Below are positions 24,705-34,242 of a stretch of DNA of 61,857 nucleotides, one piece after another. The stretch lies in IMG/VR virus record IMGVR_UViG_3300047462_000177. The stretch is one strand, 5' to 3'. Source of the DNA: a virus. The notes under the pieces were generated by a model, which ran no database searches, was not told the origin of the DNA, and saw only the letters and a list, made by a program, of their open reading frames with translations. The stretch's first letter is position 1, and each line of letters begins with the position of its first letter. The position numbers and the translations under genes are program-made.

Positions 24705-26261
24705 ATGCCTGGATACGACCCGGTCGCTGGCTTGTCTCTTACCCAGCAGACCATGGACATGATGAAGGGATCCCTAGGGGCTCCTACTGACCGCTTCGGG
24801 AATCAGCTCCAGAAGGGGGTGACTCTCTCCACGGGACTTACGTGGTACGACCTTGCTGCTCCGGCGAAGATGCTCTACCCGATCATCACGCCGCTGCGCA
24901 ATGCCATTCCCAGGAACCTGAAGAAGACTCCTGGTAATGCTGCTCACTGGAAGCAGATCATGACCCTCGTGGGGTCGGGCTACGATGCCATGGGCTGGGT
25001 GCCAGAAGGTCAGCGCTCTGGGACGATGAGCTACCAGTCGAATGACATGGCTGCGACCTATATCACACTGGGTGAGGAAGACTACCTGACATTCGAAGCC
25101 GAGGCCGCTGCGACGGGCCTCGAGGATGAGAATGCTATGGTGACATTCCGACTCCTACAGAAGATGATGCGCAAAGAGGAGCTCGGTATCCTCGGCGGCA
25201 ATGCATCCATGTCGCTCTCTCCTCCAAGTGCTCCAACGCTGAGCGTTGCGGGTAGCACGGGGACTCTGCCTTCCGCAACCTACAGCGTCTACTGTGTCGC
25301 ACTGACTCTCGAGGGGTGGAAGAACTCGTCGCTCACCTACGGTGTGGCTACGACCAAGGTCATCACAGGCGCCGACGGCAAGAACTTCACGCTCTACGGT
25401 GGCAGCAGCAATAAGAGTTCCAATACCACCCAAGCTGTCACCCTCGGGCAGATCCTCACGGCTACTGTCCCGCCGATCCAGGGCGCCATGGCATATGCCT
25501 GGTTCGTAGGCACCGTCGGCAATGAGACGCTGCAAGCGATCACCAACATCTCTGCAGCCAACTTCTCACTGCCTCTGACTGCCGGCACACAAGCTGCAAC
25601 TGCTATCACTGGCAACTGCAGCCGCAATCCCGGACTGGCTTTCGACGGGCTACTGACCTGCGCTCTGAACCCAAATGCTCCGTTCTTCGTCAATGCGACA
25701 GCGGCTCAGGCCTATGTCAGCATCTTGCCGAATAATGGCTCGACGGGTACTGGCCTCACTGCAAGCGGCCGCGGCTCGGTCAACGAGATCGACCAGATGC
25801 TGCAGACCATGTGGAACACGTACAACATCGGCCCCGATGTCATCTACGTGAACTCCCAAGAGCAGAAGAACATCACCAACAAGGTGCTCAGCAACACCGC
25901 TGGTCCCTTGCTCCGGTATGACACTCCTGCCTCGGGCGGCCAGGCCTACGGCATCGTCGCTGGCGGTGTGGTGGAGTACTACTACAACCCGTTCACGATG
26001 GGTGGCGGTGTGAAGATCCCCATCTTGCTGCACCCAGATGTCCCACCTGGCACGATCATCGCCTGGTGCTCCAAACTTCCGGCCTGGTACCAATCCAACG
26101 AAGTCCCTAACGTCGCCGAGATGCTTCTCCGCCGCGACTACTATCGGGTGGATTGGCCTCTGCGTACTCGCCAGAAGGAGTATGGTGTGTACTGCGAAGA
26201 GGTACTAGCCGTGTACGCCACTTTTGCCATGGGGGTGATTACGAACATCGCGAATATCTAA
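24705..26261 (+). CDS. major capsid protein (large, 518 aa)
   Basis: Position after the protease-scaffold, strong GAGGAA SD, and a strong hairpin downstream. The fold was not verifiable by eye. Confidence 0.65.
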   Translation: MPGYDPVAGLSLTQQTMDMMKGSLGAPTDRFGNQLQKGVTLSTGLTWYDLAAPAKMLYPIITPLRNAIPRNLKKTPGNAAHWKQIMTLVGSGYDAMGWVPEGQRSGTMSYQSNDMAATYITLGEEDYLTFEAEAAATGLEDENAMVTFRLLQKMMRKEELGILGGNASMSLSPPSAPTLSVAGSTGTLPSATYSVYCVALTLEGWKNSSLTYGVATTKVITGADGKNFTLYGGSSNKSSNTTQAVTLGQILTATVPPIQGAMAYAWFVGTVGNETLQAITNISAANFSLPLTAGTQAATAITGNCSRNPGLAFDGLLTCALNPNAPFFVNATAAQAYVSILPNNGSTGTGLTASGRGSVNEIDQMLQTMWNTYNIGPDVIYVNSQEQKNITNKVLSNTAGPLLRYDTPASGGQAYGIVAGGVVEYYYNPFTMGGGVKIPILLHPDVPPGTIIAWCSKLPAWYQSNEVPNVAEMLLRRDYYRVDWPLRTRQKEYGVYCEEVLAVYATFAMGVITNIANI

Positions 26262-26336
26262 CCTGTAGGTCGGGGGACCTAAATACTGCAGGTTAGAGTA
26301 CTGACCGGAGAGCGGCTCACCGGTCGGGGATGGGGT

Positions 26337-26372
26337 GGCAGTACGGTATTATTGGTGTGGTATCGTACTGCC
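26337..26372 (+). terminator. 9-bp perfect hairpin after the capsid gene (attenuator or stabiliser candidate)
   Basis: ggcagtacg-N18-cgtactgcc with no U tract. Two smaller hairpins lie at 26265-26280 and about 26303-26327. Confidence 0.35.
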
Positions 26373-26418
26373 ATCTCAGACCAGACCATAGACCACAGAG
26401 AGATAGGCTAGTGTAGTC

Positions 26419-27264
26419 ATGACTGTCAGCTACAAGCCTGAGTTGCTTAGCAATCTGACCAATGTCAAGACCTGGTTGTCGCAAACCGGCTCGACAGCAG
26501 GCGATGCTGTGCTCTCCTCTTTGCTGATGCGTATTTCCTCTCAAGTGCTAAGCTACCTGGAACGCTCATCCTTGCTTATGCGTACCTACACTGATACTGT
26601 GGATGGGCAGAACAATCAGAACCAATTCCTTGAGAATTGGCCCGTATTAAGCGTGTCTAGTGTCTCGGTGAACGGCAACAGTATCTCTGCTGCAGCTTAC
26701 TCTACGACTAACAACAACCCTACCTCAGGCTACTTCTACGAAGACTGGACAGGTATCCCTCCCGGCTCTCCTCAACAGGTAGAGCTTGTTGGCTATCAGT
26801 TCTACCGTGGCAAGCAGAATGTCAGCATCACCTATACTGCTGGCTACGGCATCCTGAATGAATCACAGACCGTCTCAAATGCAAGTGCCTTGACCAATCA
26901 ACAGTATGGTATCTGGAATTACGACAACGGGGTAACCTACACCTCTTCAGGCATCCCTCTGACCCAAGTCTCTAGCAACCCAGCTCAAGGTCAGTATGCA
27001 ATAGACCCAACTACCTGCGGCAACTACTTGTTCAATGTGGCTGATGATAACGCTGCAGTCAGTATTTCTTATTCCTATGTGCCTGCTGCACTAGAACAAG
27101 CAATACTAGACATGATCAATGAGACCATGCAGCGCCGTAATCGCCCTGGTCTGAAATCCCACAATCTTGCAACGATGGAGTCCGGCAGCTTCGAGACAGC
27201 CTATGGGATCCCTCCTTGGGCTATGACTATCTTGCAGCCCTACAAGTCGGTGCTCCCACTATGA
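26419..27264 (+). CDS. head-tail connector (gp6-like N-terminus) with a long C-terminal extension
   Basis: LTNVKTWLSQTGSTAGDAVLSSLLMRISSQVLSYLERS resembles the phage gp6-like adaptor motif. Confidence 0.55.
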   Translation: MTVSYKPELLSNLTNVKTWLSQTGSTAGDAVLSSLLMRISSQVLSYLERSSLLMRTYTDTVDGQNNQNQFLENWPVLSVSSVSVNGNSISAAAYSTTNNNPTSGYFYEDWTGIPPGSPQQVELVGYQFYRGKQNVSITYTAGYGILNESQTVSNASALTNQQYGIWNYDNGVTYTSSGIPLTQVSSNPAQGQYAIDPTTCGNYLFNVADDNAAVSISYSYVPAALEQAILDMINETMQRRNRPGLKSHNLATMESGSFETAYGIPPWAMTILQPYKSVLPL

Positions 27265-27776
27265 GCGGTAGCAGCAACAAGGGTATCGAGGTCAAGATTG
27301 TCCTGACAGGGCAAGAGGCTCTGATTGCTCGGTTCAAGAGGGCGCCTGAAGCACTTCTGAGCAACCTGAAGCAGGAACTGCTGAACTTAGCCTTTGACAT
27401 GAGGGATGAAGCTGCTGCAGCCACTAACCCAAAGAGTGGGAAGCTAGGCGACAGTATCTCTGCGAGGATCACTCAGGGAGGTAGTAGTGTTGGTATCTCC
27501 CTGGAGTCGGATAACGTCGACTATGCTAGGATCCAAGAGCAAGGAGGAGAGCTTCCAGGCCGTGTAATCTTGCCTAACAGTGCTAAGACTCTGGCATTCA
27601 TGTGGGCTGGCGGAGGTAATGGCGGCCTAGCGGGAGACATGAGTTTCTTTGCTGCTGTGGCTTGGCCCGGTGCTAGCATCCCAGCTAAGCATTTCATCCT
27701 CAACACTTTGAAGCGGAATCGCTATAACTTCACTGCTGCTGTTCAGCATGCGGTAGACAAGGCTATCAAACCATGA
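27261..27776 (+). CDS. HK97 gp10-like head-tail joining protein
   Basis: ATGA overlap with the upstream stop. SGKLGDSISARI..YARIQEQGG fits the gp10-family pattern. Confidence 0.6.
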   Translation: MSGSSNKGIEVKIVLTGQEALIARFKRAPEALLSNLKQELLNLAFDMRDEAAAATNPKSGKLGDSISARITQGGSSVGISLESDNVDYARIQEQGGELPGRVILPNSAKTLAFMWAGGGNGGLAGDMSFFAAVAWPGASIPAKHFILNTLKRNRYNFTAAVQHAVDKAIKP

Positions 27777-28246
27777 CCTTGTACACACAACCCACTAGGG
27801 AGAATATTTCGACAGCCTTCTTGGCCTTACTGCAGCCTTTACTAAGCACTAACACACCTACGCCGGGTCCCTTCGTGACTATCTCTCGCCGCATGCAACT
27901 GTGGTACAATGTCCCTTCTGAGCTGAAGCCCATACTCTACATGCAAGAGCCAGAAGAGATTGGTCTACCTACGCCACGATTTACTCCCCGTAAAGCAGAG
28001 TGGGTGATCCATCTCATCATGTATGCAGAAGTTCCCTTAGACCAAACGGCAATAGGCTCTGTAGTGATCAACAACCTCCTGGACGCTATAGAAGTCGTTC
28101 TAGGTTTGAATGCTGGTAACGGTACCCCCCTGACCTTCAATAATCAGGTCTACCGTGTGTGGCAGGAAGGTACGATCAGGAAAGACCCAGGTGATATCGG
28201 CGGTCATGCGGTTGCTGTTTACCCTCTACGTATCCGTCCTCCTTAA
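27773..28246 (+). CDS. tail completion / terminator-like protein (assigned by position)
   Basis: 157-aa ORF with a 4-nt overlap with the upstream gene. Confidence 0.4.
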   Translation: MTLYTQPTRENISTAFLALLQPLLSTNTPTPGPFVTISRRMQLWYNVPSELKPILYMQEPEEIGLPTPRFTPRKAEWVIHLIMYAEVPLDQTAIGSVVINNLLDAIEVVLGLNAGNGTPLTFNNQVYRVWQEGTIRKDPGDIGGHAVAVYPLRIRPP

Positions 28247-28289
28247 CACTGCCAATGATAGTATCAATCCAAAAGCAGGAGCCGCAGCT

Positions 28290-28544
28290 ATGTCTGACGT
28301 GACCAACAGCACAACTACAGACACGGTGACCGAGGTAGTCCAAGTGGCTACGGAGGTAGCTGAGGCTGCACCTCTAGTTGCGGAGGTCGTTGCCTCGCCA
28401 CAGACTACGATTGAGTCAATCCTCGGGGACTGGCTCAACAATCACGTGCGTAACTCGCCCATTGCTCAGAACACTGCCGCCTGGAATCATCTGACTTCAA
28501 CCGCCCTCCCTGCTCTGGTGGGCATGCTAGTGAAAGGACTGTAA
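28290..28544 (+). CDS. small hypothetical structural-module protein
   Basis: The ATG at 28290 follows AGGAG. The longer track ORF overlaps the previous gene. Confidence 0.35.
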   Translation: MSDVTNSTTTDTVTEVVQVATEVAEAAPLVAEVVASPQTTIESILGDWLNNHVRNSPIAQNTAAWNHLTSTALPALVGMLVKGL

Positions 28545-28548
28545 GGCT

Positions 28549-29286
28549 ATGGAATTTGCATTTGGTTCGGGTGTTCTCTGGGCCAGCCGCTCGGATATCG
28601 CCAACGCTACGCCTGTCCGCTTCGGAGCGCTGCAGGACGTCACTATTGACTTCGATGGTGAGATGAAGGAGCTCTTCGGGCAGTACAAGTACCCGATCGA
28701 CGTCGCTGCTGGCAAAGCCAAGATCACGGGCAAGGCCAAGGCTGCCCGTATCTCCACGGTACAGTTCAACAGCATCTTCTTCGGCCAGACGACCACTGCA
28801 GGGCAGAAGCTCGTCAGCTACGATGAGACGGGGACTGTAGCTTCCGGCGGTACTATCGCAGTTGCCAACGCAGGTACCAATTTCTTCGCAGACCTCGGCG
28901 CCAGAAACGGCCTGACGGGCGAACCTCTGGTTCTGTCTGGAGGAACCGTAGGGACCACAGGCACCTATGTCGTGAACAACACTGGTACCTACAACTTCGG
29001 TACTGGTGCTGCCGGCAACACGATGATCCTCGACTACATCTACTCTACCGTTGCCACAGGCACCACCATGTTGATGACCAACCAGCCTATGGGCTACGCC
29101 CCGAGGTTCGGTTGCACCTTCACCAACCAGTATGAAGGGAATACCGTCACGCTTCGGTTGTTTGCCTGCCTATGCTCCAAGCTCAACATGGCTGGGAAGA
29201 TCGACGACTACATCATCCCAGAGTTCGACTTCAGTGCCTACGCCAACGCTGCCAACCAAGTCTTTGAGTTCAGCTCGACTACCTAA
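28549..29286 (+). CDS. major tail tube protein
   Basis: 245 aa, immediately upstream of the chaperone/TMP genes, and followed by GC-rich hairpins. Confidence 0.65.
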   Translation: MEFAFGSGVLWASRSDIANATPVRFGALQDVTIDFDGEMKELFGQYKYPIDVAAGKAKITGKAKAARISTVQFNSIFFGQTTTAGQKLVSYDETGTVASGGTIAVANAGTNFFADLGARNGLTGEPLVLSGGTVGTTGTYVVNNTGTYNFGTGAAGNTMILDYIYSTVATGTTMLMTNQPMGYAPRFGCTFTNQYEGNTVTLRLFACLCSKLNMAGKIDDYIIPEFDFSAYANAANQVFEFSSTT

Positions 29287-29364
29287 TGTTGCCGCATAAA
29301 GAGGCACACCTCGCGCGTCAGAACCCACTGAGCTGCGGGAAACGCGCGCGAGCAATCCAACTGC

Positions 29365-29395
29365 GGCGCTTCGCGCTCTTTCGTACCCCCGTCAA
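29365..29395. repeat. GC-rich dispersed repeat family 2, copy H
   Basis: ggcgcttcgcgct..acccccgtcaa, preceded by an 8-bp stem ctcgcgcg (29310-29317) / cgcgcgag (29345-29352). Confidence 0.75.
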
Positions 29396-29452
29396 AGGCG
29401 CGTCTCCAGGCACGGTAGGATGGGGTAGGATAACAGATAAGGTACACACCAA

Positions 29453-29950
29453 ATGTCAACGTCAATGCTACGCGATGAGATGGCCTTCACTGCAGGAGGT
29501 CAGGAATTCAAGATACAGCGTATGAGGTTCAAGCAGCTTAAGGTTGCTTGGCCTGCGATCACTCGGATTGCAGAACTGGGCAAGCTTCAGTTTCCACAGA
29601 GAGCTGACGGCACCTTTGTCGACGTCTCGTCAGATCCTAACTTCATGGTCTGGCATGCTGAGAAGCTGGAACTCATGTTGAAGGTCATTACCTCGGCAAT
29701 GCAGCGTACGCAACCGCAGATGACCCAAGACAAGCTGGAGGATATGCTGGACTTGTACGAAACCAAGATGATCCCCGACAAGTTCAACGAGTTACTTGGA
29801 ATCTCTGGATTTGAGCTGGGAAACGGTCAGGGGGAGATGATGGCGGAGATGAGCCCCCAGAGTTCCACGGAGACTGGGACCTTATCATCGCCGAGCTCGT
29901 CACAAATGGTGTCTGTGGCGGCGACTGGGAACGAATCGAAAGCAGCTTAG
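29453..29950 (+). CDS. tail assembly chaperone (G-like)
   Basis: Position before the TMP; contains the slippery heptamer. Confidence 0.7.
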   Translation: MSTSMLRDEMAFTAGGQEFKIQRMRFKQLKVAWPAITRIAELGKLQFPQRADGTFVDVSSDPNFMVWHAEKLELMLKVITSAMQRTQPQMTQDKLEDMLDLYETKMIPDKFNELLGISGFELGNGQGEMMAEMSPQSSTETGTLSSPSSSQMVSVAATGNESKAA

Positions 29951-30147
29951 GCTTAGCTGAGCTCAACAAACTCAGGAAGGTCTGGGAGACGCATCCACCT
30001 TGGCCTGCTCTGGCTTGCATGGTCTATCTGAAGCCTAAAAAGAAGCACCGAGATAGCAAAGGTGCTGGATTGATGGGCGACGGTAGGATGGAAGCTAAAG
30101 ATATGGTACAGTGGGTTAAGGCTATGGGCGGCAAAGTGAAAGGCTAG
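29453..30147 (+). CDS. tail assembly chaperone GT-like fusion made by a -1 frameshift
   Basis: The -1 frame is open from 29815 to the TAG at 30145-30147. It encodes DWDLIIAELVTNGV..LNKLRKVWETHPPWPALACMVYL. Confidence 0.6.
29818..29824 (+). other. -1 programmed frameshift slippery heptamer G_GGA_AAC
   Basis: It is in the X_XXY_YYZ register relative to the zero frame (codons GGA at 29819 and AAC at 29822). Confidence 0.6.
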
Positions 30148-30154
30148 AGATTCG

Positions 30155-33100
30155 ATGTCTGGCTCGAATATCAATGCCAATATCAATGTTGATGCCGCCC
30201 AATTTCAGGCTGCGATGGCTGCTGCTGCTGCTTCTACACAGCAGTTCGCCCAGCAAGCTCAGGCTGCATTTCAACAAGCCTCTGCTTCTATGGCACAGTC
30301 AAGTGCTGCTATGGCTGCAGCCGCTGCCCAGGCTGCTGCAGCTGCAGCTACCTTGCAGAATCGCATTACGCAGGTAGGTACCTCTGCTGGGTATACTGCT
30401 CGCAAGCTATCTGCTATGCTTGATGAAGCGATTGCAGGCCGCTGGCGTCAGTTTGATGGTACATTAGCCAGCGTCGTGACAACATTTGGCAGACTGAACA
30501 TTGCTATGACAGCAGCTGCAGCTGGTGTAGCAGGTTTGGCAATAGGTGTTGGCTACCTAGCGGTGCAATGGATCAAAGCAGAGAATGCTGCCAAAGAGGC
30601 AGCAGGTGCGATGACCATTGCTGGTCAGAATACCGGTGCTAGTATTGACGGGCTCTCAAAGGAGATCGCCAGCAATGCTGCTCACTGGCATGAGTGGCAA
30701 TCGACATCAGGTGATGTCACCAAGACAATGGCGGGCTTGTCAGGAGATGCAGCTCAGTTTAGACAGCAACTCACGCAGTTAGCTTATAGCCAGGCAGCTC
30801 TGACCCAAGGTGATGTTGCTAAGTATGCTCAGGATCTGTTTGAGGCCTTCAACAAAGGCGGCTCAGGAGCTGTAGGCTTTGCTGATAAGATCCATCTGCT
30901 TGACCCTGCATTGCGTTCGCAGGTTGAAGCTATGGTGGGGGCGAAACAAGAATCCCAGGCTATGGGAGTTATCATTGATCAGCTGAATAAGCGATACGGT
31001 GCTTCAGGCGAAGCTGTCAATAAGCTCAATATCGGCATAGCTGAGAAGATGCGTCTCAGCGTGATGGCTGCTGACGGTGATATGGATGCAGCTGCCAAAC
31101 TCAATGAATGGGATGAGGCTCACAAGAAAGCCTATGAAGAGGCTACCACTAATCAGATTCCTCCTATTGCTCCTCAAGCCAGAGATGACGCTGCAGCGGT
31201 AGCACAGCTAGATATGGCTACGCAGAAGAGGACGCAAGCAACCTTGGAGCTTGCTGCCGCTCAGAGAGCACAGAAGGCAGCACAAGATTCAGGTGATGTG
31301 GCTGCGCAGCAATCAGCTATCAACGCTATCATTGAAGCCCAGAAGAAGATCAGCGAGACACATACGGCGTCTGAAGAGCAGCAGCACCAAGCTACTCTGC
31401 GGTCGCTTGATGAGCAAATTGCAGCAGAGCATGATCATGCTAACCGTGTAGCAGCACTCAAACAACAGGTAGCAGCCGAAGATGCCAAGTATTACGGAGA
31501 TTCTAGCAACCAAGCTAGGACATCTGCTACTCAGGCTACTGCTGCTCAACGCGAAGCAGCTGATGCGCAGCTTAGGTTGAATCTGGCTAAGCTTGATGGG
31601 CAGATCAACCAAGAGAAGAATAGCCTCGGTGCTACGTTGGCTATCTATGACCAGAAGCTTGCCTTGTTGCGGGCTGCCGACAAAGCAGATACCCTGGAAT
31701 ATCAGGAAGTCCTAAATCAGAAAGCCAATGCAGCCAGAGGTGCAGGCAATCAGGATGTCCGTTCTGAGGAAGAGGCTCTTCGTGCCAAGCAGGAATTATA
31801 CGGTAAAGACTATGCAGCCAAGTTGGCCATTGAGGACCAGATCCTCTCGATAGTCAAAGCACATTACGGAGCTCAGAGCACCCAATACCAGACTGAGATG
31901 ATCCGCCGCTCAAGGCTGATGGAAGAAGAAAAGGAGCAGGCAGCCTCTGTTGAGCAACAGAAGATTGCTTCTGCCTCTCGCACCAACCAGATCATGTACA
32001 ATGATCTGAAGAAGAACCTTGACCAGGAAGTAGCGCAATACCAGATTACGAAGAAGGAAGAGCTGGCTCAGCTTGATGCTTTCCAGCAATCGCACGACCA
32101 GAAATTGGTCGCGATGCTAGATGCCGAAATAAAGAGCCTGACACAGGGTACGGTAGCTTGGCAAGAAGCAACTAACAAACGTGAAGAGCTTCTGCAGAGG
32201 ATGAAGGAGCAGCATGATGCTATAGCTGATGAGATTGCTCAAGCTGATCGTAAGGCTGCTGAGAAATCAACACAGGAGTGGGAGCAGGCTTTCGATAAGA
32301 TTAGTGAAGCCTCAGAATCTGCTATCTCTGGTATGATCTCTGGTCAGGATTCATTTCAGAAAGCTGCTCTGAAAGTAGGACAGGCAGTAGTCCAGGATGC
32401 GGTAAAGACAGGTCTACAGATGTTAGGCTCTTGGGTAGCTACTGAGCTAGCTAAGACTGCTTCTACCACCACTCAGAATGCTGTTCGTGAGGCTCAAGAT
32501 AAAAGCGGCCAAACAGGTCTTGTGACATTGTTGTTACGTTCATTAGGAATTCATACAGCTACGGAGACAGAGAAGACTGCGGCAACTACAACGGGTACAG
32601 GTGCTAGAGAAGGAATCCAGACAGCAGCAGATTCTAAAGACAATCTATCATTTATAGCTCGGGCAGCCAAGTGGGTTGCATCTGAGCTAGGTATGACAAG
32701 CGCAACAGCAACCGGAACTACTACGCGTGTAGGAGTTCAAACAGGTGCGGATACAGAAGCTGCTGGCACAGCTGTGACATCCAATGTCACACAAGCACTT
32801 TCTTATGCTGCTGTTGGTGGAGCTGCTGCAGGTGCTAGTACTGCAGCAATCCCTGTTGTAGGTCCTGAAATGGCTCCAGAAGCAGCTGCTACTGTCTACG
32901 GTGATCTAGCTAGCTATGCTGGTATGGCTAGCATGGCTACCGGTACGATGAATGTCCCTAAAGATATGTTGGCTAATATCCATGCTGGTGAGATGGTGGT
33001 TCCAAGAACATTTGCTGACGGTATCCGTAGTCAAATGAGTGGAGGAGGCAGAGGAGGTGATACTACACATATGAACTCTTCCATTAACTACTCACCTAGC

Positions 33101-33214
33101 TTCCACGGAGGCAGTAGCGATATCAAAGCTGTGGCACGCAATAACTTCAAGGAATTCAAGTCCTACATGAATAATGTTACCCGCAACGGTAATCTCATGG
33201 TTCCGGGGAGGTAA
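30155..33214 (+). CDS. tape measure protein
   Basis: 1019 aa, Ala/Gln-rich helical sequence with TM-like segments, directly downstream of the chaperone. Confidence 0.85.
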   Translation: MSGSNINANINVDAAQFQAAMAAAAASTQQFAQQAQAAFQQASASMAQSSAAMAAAAAQAAAAAATLQNRITQVGTSAGYTARKLSAMLDEAIAGRWRQFDGTLASVVTTFGRLNIAMTAAAAGVAGLAIGVGYLAVQWIKAENAAKEAAGAMTIAGQNTGASIDGLSKEIASNAAHWHEWQSTSGDVTKTMAGLSGDAAQFRQQLTQLAYSQAALTQGDVAKYAQDLFEAFNKGGSGAVGFADKIHLLDPALRSQVEAMVGAKQESQAMGVIIDQLNKRYGASGEAVNKLNIGIAEKMRLSVMAADGDMDAAAKLNEWDEAHKKAYEEATTNQIPPIAPQARDDAAAVAQLDMATQKRTQATLELAAAQRAQKAAQDSGDVAAQQSAINAIIEAQKKISETHTASEEQQHQATLRSLDEQIAAEHDHANRVAALKQQVAAEDAKYYGDSSNQARTSATQATAAQREAADAQLRLNLAKLDGQINQEKNSLGATLAIYDQKLALLRAADKADTLEYQEVLNQKANAARGAGNQDVRSEEEALRAKQELYGKDYAAKLAIEDQILSIVKAHYGAQSTQYQTEMIRRSRLMEEEKEQAASVEQQKIASASRTNQIMYNDLKKNLDQEVAQYQITKKEELAQLDAFQQSHDQKLVAMLDAEIKSLTQGTVAWQEATNKREELLQRMKEQHDAIADEIAQADRKAAEKSTQEWEQAFDKISEASESAISGMISGQDSFQKAALKVGQAVVQDAVKTGLQMLGSWVATELAKTASTTTQNAVREAQDKSGQTGLVTLLLRSLGIHTATETEKTAATTTGTGAREGIQTAADSKDNLSFIARAAKWVASELGMTSATATGTTTRVGVQTGADTEAAGTAVTSNVTQALSYAAVGGAAAGASTAAIPVVGPEMAPEAAATVYGDLASYAGMASMATGTMNVPKDMLANIHAGEMVVPRTFADGIRSQMSGGGRGGDTTHMNSSINYSPSFHGGSSDIKAVARNNFKEFKSYMNNVTRNGNLMVPGR

Positions 33215-33222
33215 CAGATACT

Positions 33223-34239
33223 ATGGCTTGGCTTTGGGCAGAGGGCTTCGACAATTTATACCAGCCAGCAGACTTAACTAATAATACTGGCTTTGCGCAG
33301 TGGTCTACTGTCAATTTCTGCACTCTGCCTACTGGTAGAGGTGGAATAGGCAAAGCATTGTCTTTTGGCAACGCTATAGTTTCATTTGGAGTTAATCAGA
33401 CAGAGTGCTATCTGGGATTTGCCATCAAAGCAGCAGCTAATCCTACGTTCAACTTTATAGATGCCACTACTAACACCTATCAGGCTACCCTAACATTGGA
33501 CACTATCTACGGCATTACAAAGCTATATGGAGGTAATAGCTCAGCGTTACTTTATGCTACAGGCAATAATTCAACCAACCTAGGTACTTATGGCTTTCTT
33601 GAGATCCACTTAAAAACCCATGCAACTGCAGGCATCTTTGAGGTACAGTACAACGGGAATACAATAGCATCTATTTCGGGTGTCAAGACCGCATATTCAG
33701 CTAACAATTATTTCAATGCTGTGTTCTTTGGAGCAGGTAATGGAAGTGCTGTTGTTGATGATATGCGTCTTTTTGATACCACTACGGGAGCAGGAACATA
33801 TCCATGCAACTCTTGGGGCGGAGATCTTCGCGTTGCATCGATATATCCCTCTAGCAACAGTTCTGTTACTTGGACACCTAGCGGCAGTAATAACTGGTCG
33901 GATATCAACAATCAGGGTACACAGTCTCTAGGGACAACCTACAACACCACGTCTACTGTAGGCAATGAAGATCTGTTCAATCTCCAGACCTTAAGTAGTG
34001 TCATCTCGGAGATCATAGGAGTACAGATCAAAGGAGCTTATCAGGAGACAGATGCGGCAGCCCATACGTTAGAACAATTGTTGCATATCTCTGGAACTGA
34101 CTATCCAGGTGCAGCTAAGACACTATCTCAAGGCTGGCAATACTTCACAGACATCTACCCAATCAATCCTGCTACAGGTGTGAGCTGGGTCCTAACTGAC
34201 GTAAACTCCTTGATAGCCGGCTATAAGGCTCTGTCGTGA
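33223..34239 (+). CDS. tail-tip associated protein (assigned by position)
   Basis: 338-aa ORF between the TMP and the DUF2460-like gene. Confidence 0.45.
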   Translation: MAWLWAEGFDNLYQPADLTNNTGFAQWSTVNFCTLPTGRGGIGKALSFGNAIVSFGVNQTECYLGFAIKAAANPTFNFIDATTNTYQATLTLDTIYGITKLYGGNSSALLYATGNNSTNLGTYGFLEIHLKTHATAGIFEVQYNGNTIASISGVKTAYSANNYFNAVFFGAGNGSAVVDDMRLFDTTTGAGTYPCNSWGGDLRVASIYPSSNSSVTWTPSGSNNWSDINNQGTQSLGTTYNTTSTVGNEDLFNLQTLSSVISEIIGVQIKGAYQETDAAAHTLEQLLHISGTDYPGAAKTLSQGWQYFTDIYPINPATGVSWVLTDVNSLIAGYKALS

Positions 34240-34242
34240 TAC

